Shown: positions 1-13,650, numbered from the stretch's first letter. The stretch: DNA of 64,000 bases from Bigelowiella natans CCMP2755 (GCA_000320545.1 ADNK01001162.1:40922-104921), one strand, 5' to 3'. The notes: generated by a model not told the origin, from the letters alone. A program made the numbers and translations.

Positions 1-852
1 TAAAAGAATAGAAGAATTATTTTATTTAAATTTATATCTACCGCGACAACAATCCCCTTTAATTGCTCGTTATCGCCTTTCGCTTCTGGTGATGGTATGG
101 TGGCATATCATAGGCGAGTTCATAGGTATAGTAACACCATTTGAGAAAAGGAAGGATTGGGGAGGGGATGTTTTGGGAACTTCCTTTACATCCGCATCAC
201 AGCTTTATCTAGTCTACCCCCCTTTCTTCTTCTTCTTTTTCTTCTTCCAGCACCAACAACATTTATTCAATTATTCCCATGTGGATTCATGAATTCGGTT
301 GATTGCTGATTGATAATTAAGCTTATGCATATTGTAACAGAACCACTTCGATGAGAAATAAAATAGTCATGCAATTTATTAATAACCTTCTTTTGTGCTA
401 TTTTTCCTTCCTTTTTCTTGTAGTATCTTTACTGCAACGATGTCTCCATTTAGTGCTCGGTTGCGCTCTTTAAATCCATCAATGAGAATATCTCTAAATT
501 AAGTGAAATGACATAGAAGCAGTGGGATGGGAGGAGGAGGGAGGGACGGAAAGAGGCGGAACAAGCGATGTTACATATATTGTTGATGTTTGTTGTAAGT
601 GGCAGTAGCAAAAACAAGAAACGGTACTACGATATGAAGGAAATATTACAGTGGAGACGGGTTATTGAAACAAATTCGTTAGAATGATATTGTTGCTACT
701 CTTCTTCTCGGTATTTCTCCAATCCCCTCCTCCTCCCCTCGTTATCATCATTCGGAATAACAAGTTAGTTGTCACAGAAGAATTGTCCTTCTATTGACTC
801 TATTCGTCGTCAAAGTTGTGTGTGTGTGTAGTAGTAGTACAAATAATAGCAA

Positions 853-1503
853 CTACCTGATAGAAGTCCCAGTAGTATTTTTCTCTGCTGCTGCTGCTCC
901 GTTATCTTCCCCCCTATAAACATGAGGAGCTACATACGCCTTCCGCGGATTCTTTCTATTAACGCGGATAGGGGCAATGATAAGGGCGTCTTTATCACGG
1001 ATAGAAGAAGCTGAATTAGATGCTCTTTTAGCTTCTTCAAGTTCTATTATTGACAAATGCTCCGCGAACATCGGTTTCCTCTTCTTTGGTTCTGCTTCTG
1101 TTGTTGTCTTCTTCTTCTTCAACCGTACGTGCTTCTCATCTTTTTGACCTTTCTGCATAGCGGTAGCACCACCAGCTGCAGCACCTGCCTTCTTACTCTC
1201 CAATTTTACACTAATAACCTTTGCAAATTCTGAAGAGGGAGGAGCAACAACAGCAGTTGCAAAGTCGGCAGAGGTAGGAGGAGGCAAGCTAGACGGGACT
1301 GGTTTTCCTATAGGAAACTTGCTCCTATTGTTTGTTCGCCAGTTAGTTGTTGATGATGATGATGATTGCGGTGTAATGATGAAACTCCGAATTAGATTGC
1401 GGCACAAGACAATACGCTCTTTGATTAACTTTTTCATTGTCATGGTAACATTTTAGGTTAACAGATCTTGCTCTTGCTTCTTCATTATCTCATCGTTAGG
1501 TTT

Positions 1504-1547
<44 letters not shown>

Positions 1548-1567
1548 TAAGCCGGTGCGCACGGTGC

Positions 1568-1611
<44 letters not shown>

Positions 1612-2940
1612 ATTTATTGATGTACATTAGTTTTGCAACCACTAGCCAATCAACCAACCATCAACCATAGAATTACAATGATGCTACTGTCTACTGCAGG
1701 TGCTACTACTACCGCTACACCTACTACTACTACTACTACTACTACTACTGAATATCAACGTACCAAGCTGGCCATCTCCTTATCTTGACATTGAAATCTG
1801 TCTTCGGAAGAAGAAGTGATTTCACTTTTCCCTTTTTACTTTTTTCCTTGGTCTTGTTTCTCTTCTTCCCATCTTCTTCTTCTTCTTGTTCTTGCTCATC
1901 ATCGTCGTCATCATTAGTATTGATCTCAGAGTCGAAATTAGATAGGTTTATTGCCACCATCTTGATGCTACACATCATAGGACACAAGGCCCATTCATCA
2001 TTGATAATCGTCGTTGTTATCACTGTAGAGAACATTTATCATAACACAGTACACCCACCTTATATCTTGAGTTTCAAATCGAAGCAAGTTTCCAAATTGA
2101 ATTGGATGACCCTGTTGGCATTACAAATTCCCAAATAGGATTAGATGATGTGACCTTATTGACATACTAGTCGGTCAGGCAGTGCATGGAAACTGTTGGA
2201 AAGAAATATGTGAAGAAGAATACTATGGTAGAAGCGAATAAAAATCGTCAATGTAAATGTTAGAATCAGCAGCATATCAAATTTGATGAATAGTACGTTG
2301 GAACCCAACTCGAGTTTACCTCGAACAACCTGCGTATACAAGCTATGTGATACGCTTACAACACGCACACGCACACGCATCCAACATGCACACACAACAT
2401 GTGAATGTATATGCACATTCACATAATGCACTAATAAAGGACAGCGTCGAATTATTACAAGATTGTATCTGTATGTCTGAGTTTTGTAATGCATTTCACT
2501 TGCATATGTACTGGATTATGAACCTTGTTTTTCCAACTTTTTTTTTTCCATTTGTCCACAACTTGGAGACCCCTTTTCTCACCTGCTGATCCTTTTCTTT
2601 CCTTGTGCATGGAAGAAGCTTTTGCCTCGGCTTCTTCGTCTTTCTTCTTCGATTCCTTGGCTTTCTTTTTTTTGTCTCTCTTCGCTTTTTTTTTTTTGGC
2701 CTTCTTTGACTGGGAATTGTCTCCTTCGATTTTAACAGCTGAAGAATGAGAAGCTTGACCATCATTGGGAGACAGGCGAAGTCTATCAAACTCAGCGTCC
2801 ATTTCATCGAAGAACTAATGATATGATGATCATGAGATGATGGTCATGACACGATATTGCCTCAATATGGATAAGTAGAAGGACCTGCGTAACGTTTCCG
2901 TCTTCGGGGCCTTGGCCTTCAAATTCCTTCGGTAAACTAG
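853..2940 (-). CDS. Hypothetical Lys-rich, probably multi-exon protein or gene remnant; structure unresolved
   Basis: Coding-like segments at 853-1443, 1745-2035 and 2455-2940 (LPKEFEGQGPEDGNVTQ|FFDEMDAEFDRLRL...) with GT/AG borders. I could not thread a stop-free model through 2050-2350 and recognise no domain. Confidence 0.3.
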
Positions 2941-4106
2941 GATCCATAATTAAAATGTGCACACGCGGGAGAGATAGATAAAGTAATGTTTTGCGTAATA
3001 TATATCTGTGACAATCCAAAATAAATGTCGCATGTTCGAATTCCCAAAAATTTATACATTTTGGCATTTGTTATTTGTTGAAGCTCTTTTTTTGGAATTT
3101 TCTGGGAATGGGTGCGTTTGAGTAAGAATGATTCCGAAAGTATCAGATCTTAATTTGGCAGCAACCAAGACATATTTTCCCAGTTTTCTCTAGGTGTTAT
3201 TATACACTGCAGATATTCATCCAAAGACAACACTAACAACAACAACATAGCAGGCTTGATTGATTGAGATTGATTGAGATTGACTGGCACCAATCATGCC
3301 AGCCAGTAGTGTAGTCACGAAGGATAGCTGCTAAATCAGCAGTAGCAAGCCATTTAGTTGTTGCGTCTCCAAATTATCTCTAAATGACACAATAATTACC
3401 CCGCCTTACCTCCACATTCTGACGTCTTCTCTTTTTAACTGCAACCGAGGGGACAGAGAGCTGAGGCTCTGACCACCCGATCAAATCTGCAGCCAGCAGC
3501 CACCAGCAACCTGGGGAACGAACCATTCGACTGGGAAGAGTTTTTGAATTTTGAGGGGCTGTCGTCACCACCATCGAGAAGACTCCCTTTTTCCTTCTTC
3601 CTCATTTCCAGCCAGTCACGCCTTCAGACCTTCCCTTAACGCACAGCTAGCCCTTTTCTTTGAGAGATAAAACTCCAACAGAAAATGTTCAAGCAAACAA
3701 AAATTCCTTGGGTAGAAAAACATTCTTATTCTTCATGAATACAACGGTTGCATTTCTCCTTCTTTTGAGCTCACGCTTCCACTTGTTCTACAAATACAAA
3801 GGTGAGACTTGGCCGGGCTGGTCGAACGACACGTGCCTTCTCCATTGCTCGAAAGATCCTTTCTACACCACTGGTCTGTAACAAATTTATAATATCATCC
3901 TTAAAACAACAGTTTGAATGTAAAAAAGGCATCAACTTTACCCTAAAATGATCGACTGCAGGTTTATTCTTCTACTTCTTATGGAACACCGTCAAGCTCG
4001 ACGATGGCTCGTTTGAACCCACGTGGAAAATCTGCAATATTCTTAACAACAAGGCGAAACTTTTGGAATCAACTTGATGGAGTCAGCTTTGCTAAGGTTG
4101 CAGGCA

Positions 4107-5352
4107 ATGATAGCGATGGCACAAATGGTTCGTCGTACTGTTTATTATGCTGTCGGCATTAGACGCCTTACAGAGTCATTATGTATCCACAGCAAGTGGG
4201 ACGCAAGGATCTGGTAACCAGCTCCTACGACCGGTTGCAATACGATAAATGTTAATCTTTAAATTAATGGGGATGATTGTAGTGGATCAGCCAGATGAGA
4301 ATTAAGAATTGATGCTAATTAGGGTGACATACCATCATTTCCACAAATTACGGCAATACCTCTGCAAAAACGACCATTGCTCCCAGGTTGACTAAACAAG
4401 TATAAGAGGGATCATCACATAAGGATGAGAAGAAGAAGAAATATGCTCAGAAGATGAAACAGTATTGTAACTACTACTTGCGTAGGCCCCTACTATCCTT
4501 TACCAGTAAATGATGCAGAACTAGCTGCCCATCTGCTCCGATTGCATTCCCAGGTTGTTTTTATGTACACGCCTCTACTCTCTCTCTCTCTCTCTCTCTC
4601 CCTCTCTCTCTCTCTCTATTTATCTATCTCTCCCTTTGAGGTGGTCGTCATACTTGAGAGAGGGAATTCTTATGGTGTTGTATCATCCTTCTGATGTGAT
4701 AACATTTGTTTGTCTATCTATAGGGATCTCCATATGTTGGTGGATTCCTCCGTCGAAGTGATCAATCCAGGACAACAGAAACGACAACGAACTCTGATGG
4801 CCAGGATGTTAGTCATAATGTCTTCGTGCACGCAGAAAGGGGGAGGTCGGGGGGGGGGGGGGGATGATAATTGTAAGAAGTAAAAATAAAAAGGATCATG
4901 ATGAGATGTCCAGAGCGGAGCTTGTGTAGAACTTTCTGAAGAGAGAGAAGCAAAACCATCAACACAGAAAGACGCCGAAAAGAGGAAGAGAAACAAAGTG
5001 AATGAAGCCAAAAGAGCAGTTGAAGCATATCCTCCCCCTCCTCTTCCTCGTACACCACCACTTGATTAGGGAACAGTTAGGGAAGAAGACACAAAAGACA
5101 GCAACTACAACAGCAAAGACGATGATGATGATGCGACGATGAATAAACATCACCAATCTGCTAATACAATGGGGGACACGGTTTCGTCAGGAATCAAGGT
5201 TAGAAATAGAACAAGAACAAGGATCCCTGTAAAGTGTATCCGTTCACAAAAACAACAACTTCACGTGATTATATACAACATGCTTAATATTTCTACTGCT
5301 TATATTGAACAGATAGTGCAGTTCTTTGTTTGATATGATGACATATGTGTGT

Positions 5353-5394
<42 letters not shown>

Positions 5395-6261
5395 GTGTGC
5401 GTATGTGTGAGCGAGAGAGAGAGAGAGAGAGTTTGTCAAAAAATTATGATAATGAATTCTCATCGTATCTTAGCACTAGATAGTATTATACGTGATAGAT
5501 AACAACATTGGTCAAAAGTTGTTGTTGCATTGTACGCGCTGTGATTTATCAGTCGTTGGATGAGATAGAAAACGTTGGAATACTAGCTCAAATTAACCAG
5601 ATTGTCCGCAATCCTTACGATTCTGGGATACAGGTTGTAACAGATGATGATATTTATGATGATGATCTTCATCTGCTATTGTTGTCCGACCTATTAGGAG
5701 AATATATTTCATTTAATGCCAACTGTCAGCAACATACCAACATCCATATCTCCTCCTTTTCATTCCATTGTTTCCCCCTTCTTCGTACCCCCCCCCCCCC
5801 CCCCCCAATCAAGGTTATCCTCCTAGGCCACAGAAGAATCAAAATTGAGGAATTGGTAAGTATGCTGCTGATGCTTCTTCGTTGCATACTTGTCGTGTAT
5901 ACTGATCGTTATGTCATTGCGCGGACCTATCTTGTCAGAGAAAGCACAATAAGCACATATCCATTAATATCATTATTATTATTTTTTTTTGCATATCCTA
6001 GTATGATTCTTCCATGTTTACTACTACATTTATTCTAACATCTCATCACCTCAGTTGTCGGTGGATCCTGTCTGCAATGTAAAGATCACGCATCATCCTG
6101 ATAAGCAATATAAAACCTCCTCTGATACAGTAAAGGTGCTCATGATGTGTGTAGTCATGATAAGGATGATAATAACAAAACCATACAGTGAAGAAATGAA
6201 AGATGAAAAGAAGAAAGGCAGTTGGATACTGATAGATGGTGTCACAAACACGATCTAGTTG

Positions 6262-6292
<31 letters not shown>

Positions 6293-8817
6293 AGATCATC
6301 ATCCTGACCGACAAGAACAGTAACAACAGCATGTTGCAGGCATATTGCAATGAACTATTGTCTACGCTGAAAGAGCTTCTGCAGTACAATCCGGTTTGTC
6401 ATCTACCTCATCGTGCGTGTTTGTGTGTGTGCGTGATCATTATCCTTCATAGCGATGTAAGTGTTTGTGCATTTGATTATCATCGTACCAACATCATCAT
6501 CATCTTCCTCCTCCTCCTCCTCCTTTCTCATTTTTCCGTCTGAACAACAACAACAACAATAAATACTGCTACTACTACTACTACTACTACTCTTGTAGGT
6601 TTTCAAGGAACAGCTGCAATTGTTGGTGGCAAATGTAGATTTGGGAGATCCAGGTATGCTGGCAGATGTTTCGGCTTCATTAACTGCTCAAGATCAGAAA
6701 GCAGTGCAAAAAGTGCTTGAAGCCTTTGACCATGAAGAAAGGTTAGGGTTGGCTTTGGTTCTCCTAAGAAAGGAGCTCGAGGTGTCCAAACTGCAGAAGG
6801 AAATCAGCAAGAAAGTAGAGGAGAAAGTTAACGAAAACCATAGGAAGTTCCTGCTACAGGAACAACTCAAAAATATAAAACGAGAGCTGGGATTGGAGAA
6901 AGATGACAAAGAATCACTCCTAGCAAAATTTAAAGATCAAATCCATTCAAAGGAAGTGCCTGAAGAGGCAATGAAGACAATAAAAGAAGAGATGGAGCGT
7001 CTCTCAAGCCTAGAAGCGTCATCATCTGAATTCAACGTGACCCGTAATTATCTTGAATGGTTGACATCTCTTCCGTGGGGCTTGCACTCCAACGAGAACT
7101 TCAGCATTCGTCGCGCAGAAAGGGTTCTTGATCGTGATCACTACGGTCTGGAAGATGTGAAGAATCGAATCCTTGAGTTCATTGCAGTGGGTAAGAGGTT
7201 GGGGGCAGTACCACAAGGCAAGATTGTGTGTCTTATGGGACCTCCTGGCGTTGGTAAAACATCAATAGGGAAATCTATAGCAGAAGCTCTAGGTAGAGAA
7301 TTCTATCGATTCTCTGTGGGAGGACTGTTTGATGTAGCAGAGATCAAAGGACATCGAAGAACATACATTGGTGCAATGCCTGGCAAGCTCATCCAATGCC
7401 TCAAAAAGACGCAAACGTCCAATCCAGTGATCATGATTGATGAAATAGACAAAATCGGGCAAGGCCATAGAGGCGACCCTTCCTCCGCTCTGCTGGAAGT
7501 ATTAGATCCCTCCCAGAATGGTAGCTTCATGGATCATTATCTCGATGTACCCGTTGACTTATCACGTGTGCTGTTCATTTGCACGGCAAATGTTACAGAG
7601 AGTATCCCAGGCCCCCTAGCAGATAGAATGGAGTTTATCAGACTCTCAGGCTACATCTTGCAAGAGAAGTTGGAAATTGCTAAAGAATATCTATCCCCGA
7701 CCGCTTTGAAGGAAACAGGGTTGTCGCGGGAGGAAGTAGAACTTACGGATGATGCCCTTGAAGCACTGATTAGATGGTGAGGAGGATTTAATTCGTAGTG
7801 AATGAGCTCATCATGTCTTTGCATGTTGGTATATGTGTCGTCTTACACCAGAAACATGCAGTAATGCAGCAAACGCACGCACACAAACTAGAATCATTTT
7901 CTTTTTCATCATCATCATCACCACCATCATCATATTAATTCTCAGTTTTGTGAGATGGTATATGATTTGATCTTATTATTTCTCACATTATTATATTATC
8001 ACCATCCTCCTCCTCCTTCCTTGGTAGGTATTGTCGAGAGGCAGGAGTCAGAAACCTTCAAAAGCACATAAATCGTGTGTACAGGAAGGCAGCTTTGCAT
8101 TTAGTAAAAGCAGATGAAGGTTTGATTACAGGGGAGGAGGAGGAGGAGGAAAAGAAGGGGAAAGAGGAGAATATGTCAACGGCTAAGATAGCCAACAAAG
8201 ATGAAGATCAAAAGGAATGCGGATCATCATCATCATCATCATCGGCAGCAGGAGCATTATCAACAATCGCGAGAAATCTTTTCAACTGGGGAGGAGGAAG
8301 CGGAGGAGGCGGGGGATTTTTCTCTCCAAAGGCGAATATCAATCTGCCTATTCGTGGTTGTTGTTATTATAATATTACCAATATTTACACTGTTATTAAC
8401 TTACTGCGACAGATTAAATCGCATCACCCTGATACAACAACAACAATAACAACAATAACAATAACAACATACGCTTGTTCTCTTTCTCTTTCTCTTTCTT
8501 CTAGTGACCAAGGATAACTTACGAGATTATGTGGGCAAGGTAGTAGCAAGTGTTAACTATCTATTTTTCATCCATCAACTCAGCACTTCCCACGGCCAAC
8601 CATGATCCCTTCGTTTCTTCCCATTCTTCTTCTTCCTCCTCCTCTTCTTGTTATAACACCATGCATGATTTCTCTTCCTCCTCCTCCTCCTCCTCCTCCT
8701 CCTCCTCCTCTTCGTCATCCTCCTCCTCGTGACTATCAGCCAATGTTTACATCTGTTAAACTCTACGATCACACACCTGTTGGAGTTGTCATGGGCCTGG
8801 CTTTCAATCAGGTGCTC

Positions 8818-8849
<32 letters not shown>

Positions 8850-9457
8850 AGTAAGTAGTGGTATTTGTTGAAGTAGTTGTTGTAGTGTAAAGAGGCGCTA
8901 CATCAACGATTATGTGAGAGAGAGAAAAAGTGACAGGGAGAAAGGACAAAGAGCATTTAAAACAATGGATGAATAGTGATGATTGAATCACTACATAAAT
9001 CAGATGGGAGGCGCCACGTTGTATATAGAAGTTACGTCGGTTGACTCTTTCAAAGATGATGATGGAAGGTGGTGTGTGATGATAATGATGATAATGATGA
9101 GGATGATGATGATGGTGATGAGGATGACGATGATGATCAGAGTGGTGGTGAGAGATAACAATGTAGAAGAAGAAGGAGGAGGAGGAGGAGAATGAAAGAG
9201 GGAACAACAAAGAAGATCTTACTAGATGTTGGTGATAACAGGAGCAGTGTAGATTTGTTGTAGAAGAATGTTTTGTTATTATCATCATGATCATTATGAT
9301 CATCACCATCTATCACCGTTATCGTAGGGCTGGTCTGAAGTGTACAGGGCAGTTAGGCGATGTGATGAAAGAAAGCTCACAGATAGCGTATGATCATGAC
9401 GATGATGGTGCTGATGATCAACTGCGCTGTGACTTCATGCACATATATATCTTATAT

Positions 9458-9497
<40 letters not shown>

Positions 9498-9654
9498 TTG
9501 TAGTAGTATACGAATGAGAACAGCGAGCAGGATACCCTCCTCTCCCATAATGCAATATATTATTAAATACTGAACTGTACCAAGATAGCGATCTTGAAGC
9601 CTTCACCAGAGAGGAGGAGGACAAAAGTGCCGATTTAATAACATATATAAACAT

Positions 9655-9695
<41 letters not shown>

Positions 9696-10489
9696 TATAC
9701 TGCTCGAATGATGTTGAATTAACATAATAATAGATGGACGGTCGCGAAGAAAGTCCTTCGAGATCGTGATCCTTCAAACCTATTCTTCTCGCAAAACTCA
9801 CTACATATGCACGTTCCAGAAGGTCATGGTTTAATTCGGAAAATCATTGCTTTCCAACTACTTCCTACGCCTCACGTGTGATGACAATAGTGACACATAA
9901 GTACAGCATAGACTGCATATTATTTTAACAAATACAGCAACTCAGACTGCATACTAATATAACAATAACAACAACACAGGGGCCACACCAAAAGACGGTC
10001 CCTCTGCAGGGATCACCATGGTAATTGGTAGTAGTGTAGTAGTAGTAGTAGTTGTTGTTGTTGTAGTAATGGTGGTACTTTCCTTCTGCATCACTCACTT
10101 CTTTCTGTGTATGATCATGATCATCATCCATGAATAATTACCATCAGGTAACCGCACTGTTATCTGTAGCATCTGGGAAGCAGGTTGTGTTACATATATG
10201 TATAATACTGTGATGGTACTAGTGCACTTTTATTTATTCAATGCCTCGTCATAACAATCATAACATGCCATGAATGCCAGTACTACTTAAAGCGGTAGTA
10301 TTTTGGGAGACACTTAATGATCGTTTTCGAGGTCAGAAAAGCACAGCAAAATCCGCAAAGGAAGATAATATGTATTGTTGCTACTACCACTCTACTACTA
10401 CTACTACTACTGCTACCACTATAGGTTAGAAAGGATTTAGCCATGACTGGAGAAATCACTTTGACTGGAAGAGTTCTACCAATAGGAGG

Positions 10490-10527
<38 letters not shown>

Positions 10528-11090
10528 AGAGCACCACCAGTACCAGCAGCAAGATTGTGTATGCAATTATTCGAAAGCTTTGCTTTTTGTACAATAATCC
10601 GAATATGGCATCACTAATTTGTTATGAAAAGGGAGAAATGTGGTTATTATTCACTGCTGCAACTGTTATCACCAATCAGGGTTAAAGAGAAAACTATAGC
10701 CGCCAGGAGAGAGATGGCGACAACTGTAATATTTCCAAAGGGCAACGAGAAGGTAGAAGAAATTGTGGAAAGAAGAAGGAGTACATGCTTCATAACAAAG
10801 CAAACTACGAAGAAGAAGATCTCTATCAATATCTCTGTTTTTATTAAAATAGACCAAACTACTATCAAATTGTTATGCATGCTCACCACCACCATCGTCA
10901 TCATCATCGTCATTATCATCATCATCATCATCCTGCTGCTTTCGGTTGTTAGGATTTTGAGGAGCTTCCCGACATGATCAAGGAAGGACTTTCACCTCAC
11001 TTTGTAGAAACATACGATGAAGTATATGAAATCGCATTTGGTGATCATAAAATAGAAGAAGATGGCACACGCAGCAGCCAAGATTGTTAG
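4107..11090 (+). CDS. LON: ATP-dependent Lon protease, mitochondrial type (LONP1/PIM1-like), about 20 exons
   Basis: Threaded exons give the N-domain ([10 protein letters not shown]; PYVGGFLR; [11 protein letters not shown]), AAA+ Walker A GPPGVGKT and Walker [39 protein letters not shown] (catalytic Ser) and [20 protein letters not shown] (catalytic Lys). Stop TAG at 11088-11090. The start ATG at 4107 is tentative. Confidence 0.95.
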
Positions 11091-11446
11091 CAATGTTGTT
11101 GCAAGGGTGCATTCATCAGCCACTGTGTTGGTCCGTACCTCCATTTCGAAGATTCAATGCTGTATGCGTTGGGAGGTGCTAATTGTGGTGCTGTGGTTAA
11201 AACACAGTGACAATGCCACAGTAGAATGTTCAATACTTCACACTGTAATGTGATATGATCGATAACAATCATTGTGCACAGACACATGTATACTACGTGC
11301 GTGATGAAGATTCTAAACCTCACAAAGACAACACTAAGTCCGATTGTGGAACGCCGTGACATGCGTATCGTCATGTTGGCAAACTGTCTTCCACCTACCT
11401 CTATATGCGTGGACTACGCTGTAGACACAGCATCTACTACGTACAT

Positions 11447-11493
<47 letters not shown>

Positions 11494-12108
11494 AACACAC
11501 ACACGCAATAATGTATCCATTGTGTGGCCTCAACAACCCCACACGGCTAGGGCAAAAAAACAAAGCTCGGCATACACACATGGCAAATTGCTGGCTGTCA
11601 TGCACGTGGCGATATAGCGATCAGCTGCTTCGCGATCACATATTTTATTATTTGCATGGTCTCTTGCACAACGATCAGAAATAATGCGAAACTTTTGCTC
11701 ATGGCACACTCCTCAGACTAGCAGGGCTAGAGCAGTGACAAAACGCTTTAAGAAACTATTTTAGAATTTGGAGTAGCATGCAACGAAAGAGAATCGGCTG
11801 CGGTCACGTACAGTGCTGACTTTCGCGACTGACTCTACATCAAATTCACTCCACAAGCGAGCATCCATTACATGTAGTTAGCTACTCGCATTGGCACTTC
11901 AGGCGGCGGAATGCTGCGCAAGCTGTACATTTTACGGTGTTCAACAATGGGTGCAAAAGGACTATTGTAGAGACTACTCATCGAGCGTGTCGGGCGTTGA
12001 AGTTTATTATTACTGCGTCGTTTTCACAACCCAGTTATGACAATATGTTCAACAGAAAACATCGATTGAAGCTTTCATGCCGGGTGAATGAACCGATAAT
12101 ACGCCATT

Positions 12109-13650
12109 TCAGGCCTCAGCAGGCCGTAAATGACCAAATCGCTGCGATCCCAGAAATGTAAGAATGGAACCTGCTCCATGGATCCGAGGGCGAAAGTTCT
12201 TTCCACACCAATGAGATTTTCTCACATACGCCTTGTCAATTTGTGCCTTGATGAGAAAATGTGAATCGTCCACAAAGTTCTCCGCCATTTTTTCGACATG
12301 GCACTCAAGATGGGCTACGCATTTCTCAATCGCCAACATTTTGTACTTGATTCCACAGAGAGCCTCGATTTCACGTTTCAGTACTGCGACGTTTTTCTCG
12401 TTATTAACATTCTGTGGTTTGGTTTTATCATTTCCTTTCTGCTCTGTATCCTTTTCCTTGTCATCACCTCTGGAATTCTCTCCTTTATCTCCTCCCCCTT
12501 TGCTTTCTTCTTCTGTGGTGTTATCATCATCAAGGGTTGCTAGTAGCGCGAAGGGATTCCCACCTCCCAATCGCTGATGTCTTCCTGGAGTTTTTCCTCT
12601 ATACCGACCACCACCACCACCACCTTTATGTGTTGTTTTCGAACCAGCATGTTTCCAACCAGGGGGGCAAGTGACGATGCTAAGTTCCTTCATCTTGTCA
12701 CACCTCGATCCAGATTTCTTTCCTATGTTCAAAACCATCTCTTCTTGAAAATGTGTTGGTACTGAGAGCACAAATTCAGCGCCTTCCCTACCGGATAGAA
12801 GTGAAGCACTATGGCGGCGTTTGTTAATGCTCATTAAAAAACTTCCATAATTGTTGGCCGGTGTGAGCCACGAGATCGTCATCACGTTTGCAGTCTTCTC
12901 CGGAGGTGCAACAGTAAGAAGGCATACAGGATTTGGATACAAGAGACGCGACATCATACGAGGGTCCTTCAGCTCAACGACCTCTTTTCCCTCCTCTAAA
13001 GACTCCAGCCGCACAGGCTCCTTAATCATCTTCTTCTTCTTCTTCGTGTTTTGCTGCTGCTGCTGCAATTTCTGCTGATCCACTCGTCCCCTCGGCGCCT
13101 TTCCCTTATCCTCTTTTAATTTAATATTGGGGTCACCTTCACTACTGTGTACTTTATTTTCAACAGCAGATGCTGCAGTATCTAGTTCTAAAAGATCATC
13201 ATCGTCATCATCACATGCCATCATTCGAGCTGGCATAGTTTCCTCATCATCATCATCATCATCTCCAGGCGAAGCCACTCGAGAAACTTGCGTCTTTCTC
13301 CCTCGAATTTGAGGAAACAAGTACTTCTTTGTGAGCGTTCCAGCGGCCTTATCCGCATCTACTTTTCTATCAAACGTCACCAAAGCATACGCAGTTTGGT
13401 TCTTTTCTGATCTGCCGAACACCTGCACCTTGAGGAGCTTGCCAAAGTCCTCAAAGTGGATCGCCACTGCCTGAGGGATAGAACCTTCCGGAATTGGAGA
13501 GACCTTCAGGGTGCAACCAGCCCCGCCCCCTCCTGAAGAAGACGGGCCTTCAGGAGCAATCATGATGTCAACGTTGCCACCAGATTTCTTATTTTTTTGT
13601 TTGCCCCCAGATTTTGAAGACGAACGTTTGCGCTTGCCCTTTCTTCCCAT
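12109..13650 (-). CDS. Intronless 513-aa protein: N-terminal RRM-like domain plus C-terminal flavin reductase-like (DIM6/NTAB, split-barrel) domain
   Basis: RNP2/RNP1-like TLKVSPIP...HFEDFGKLLKVQV...YALVTFDRKVDADKA. Flavin reductase motifs LLYPNPVCLLTV, NVMTISWLTP, SINKRRHS, EFVLSVP, GKKSG..DK, CVAHLEC, SHFLIKAQI. Basic NLS-like N-terminus. Confidence 0.8.
   Translation of the reverse strand: MGRKGKRKRSSSKSGGKQKNKKSGGNVDIMIAPEGPSSSGGGGAGCTLKVSPIPEGSIPQAVAIHFEDFGKLLKVQVFGRSEKNQTAYALVTFDRKVDADKAAGTLTKKYLFPQIRGRKTQVSRVASPGDDDDDDEETMPARMMACDDDDDDLLELDTAASAVENKVHSSEGDPNIKLKEDKGKAPRGRVDQQKLQQQQQNTKKKKKMIKEPVRLESLEEGKEVVELKDPRMMSRLLYPNPVCLLTVAPPEKTANVMTISWLTPANNYGSFLMSINKRRHSASLLSGREGAEFVLSVPTHFQEEMVLNIGKKSGSRCDKMKELSIVTCPPGWKHAGSKTTHKGGGGGGRYRGKTPGRHQRLGGGNPFALLATLDDDNTTEEESKGGGDKGENSRGDDKEKDTEQKGNDKTKPQNVNNEKNVAVLKREIEALCGIKYKMLAIEKCVAHLECHVEKMAENFVDDSHFLIKAQIDKAYVRKSHWCGKNFRPRIHGAGSILTFLGSQRFGHLRPAEA

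Noticed and set aside
8550-9309. Poly-H/S/M/Y/I/L ORFs here and throughout the window
   Set aside because: They are translations of intronic trinucleotide microsatellites.
9388-9733. Apparent extra Lon exon or non-canonical splice near 9520-9630
   Set aside because: A canonical GT-AG intron joins QIA|WTVAKK in frame, so no extra exon is needed.
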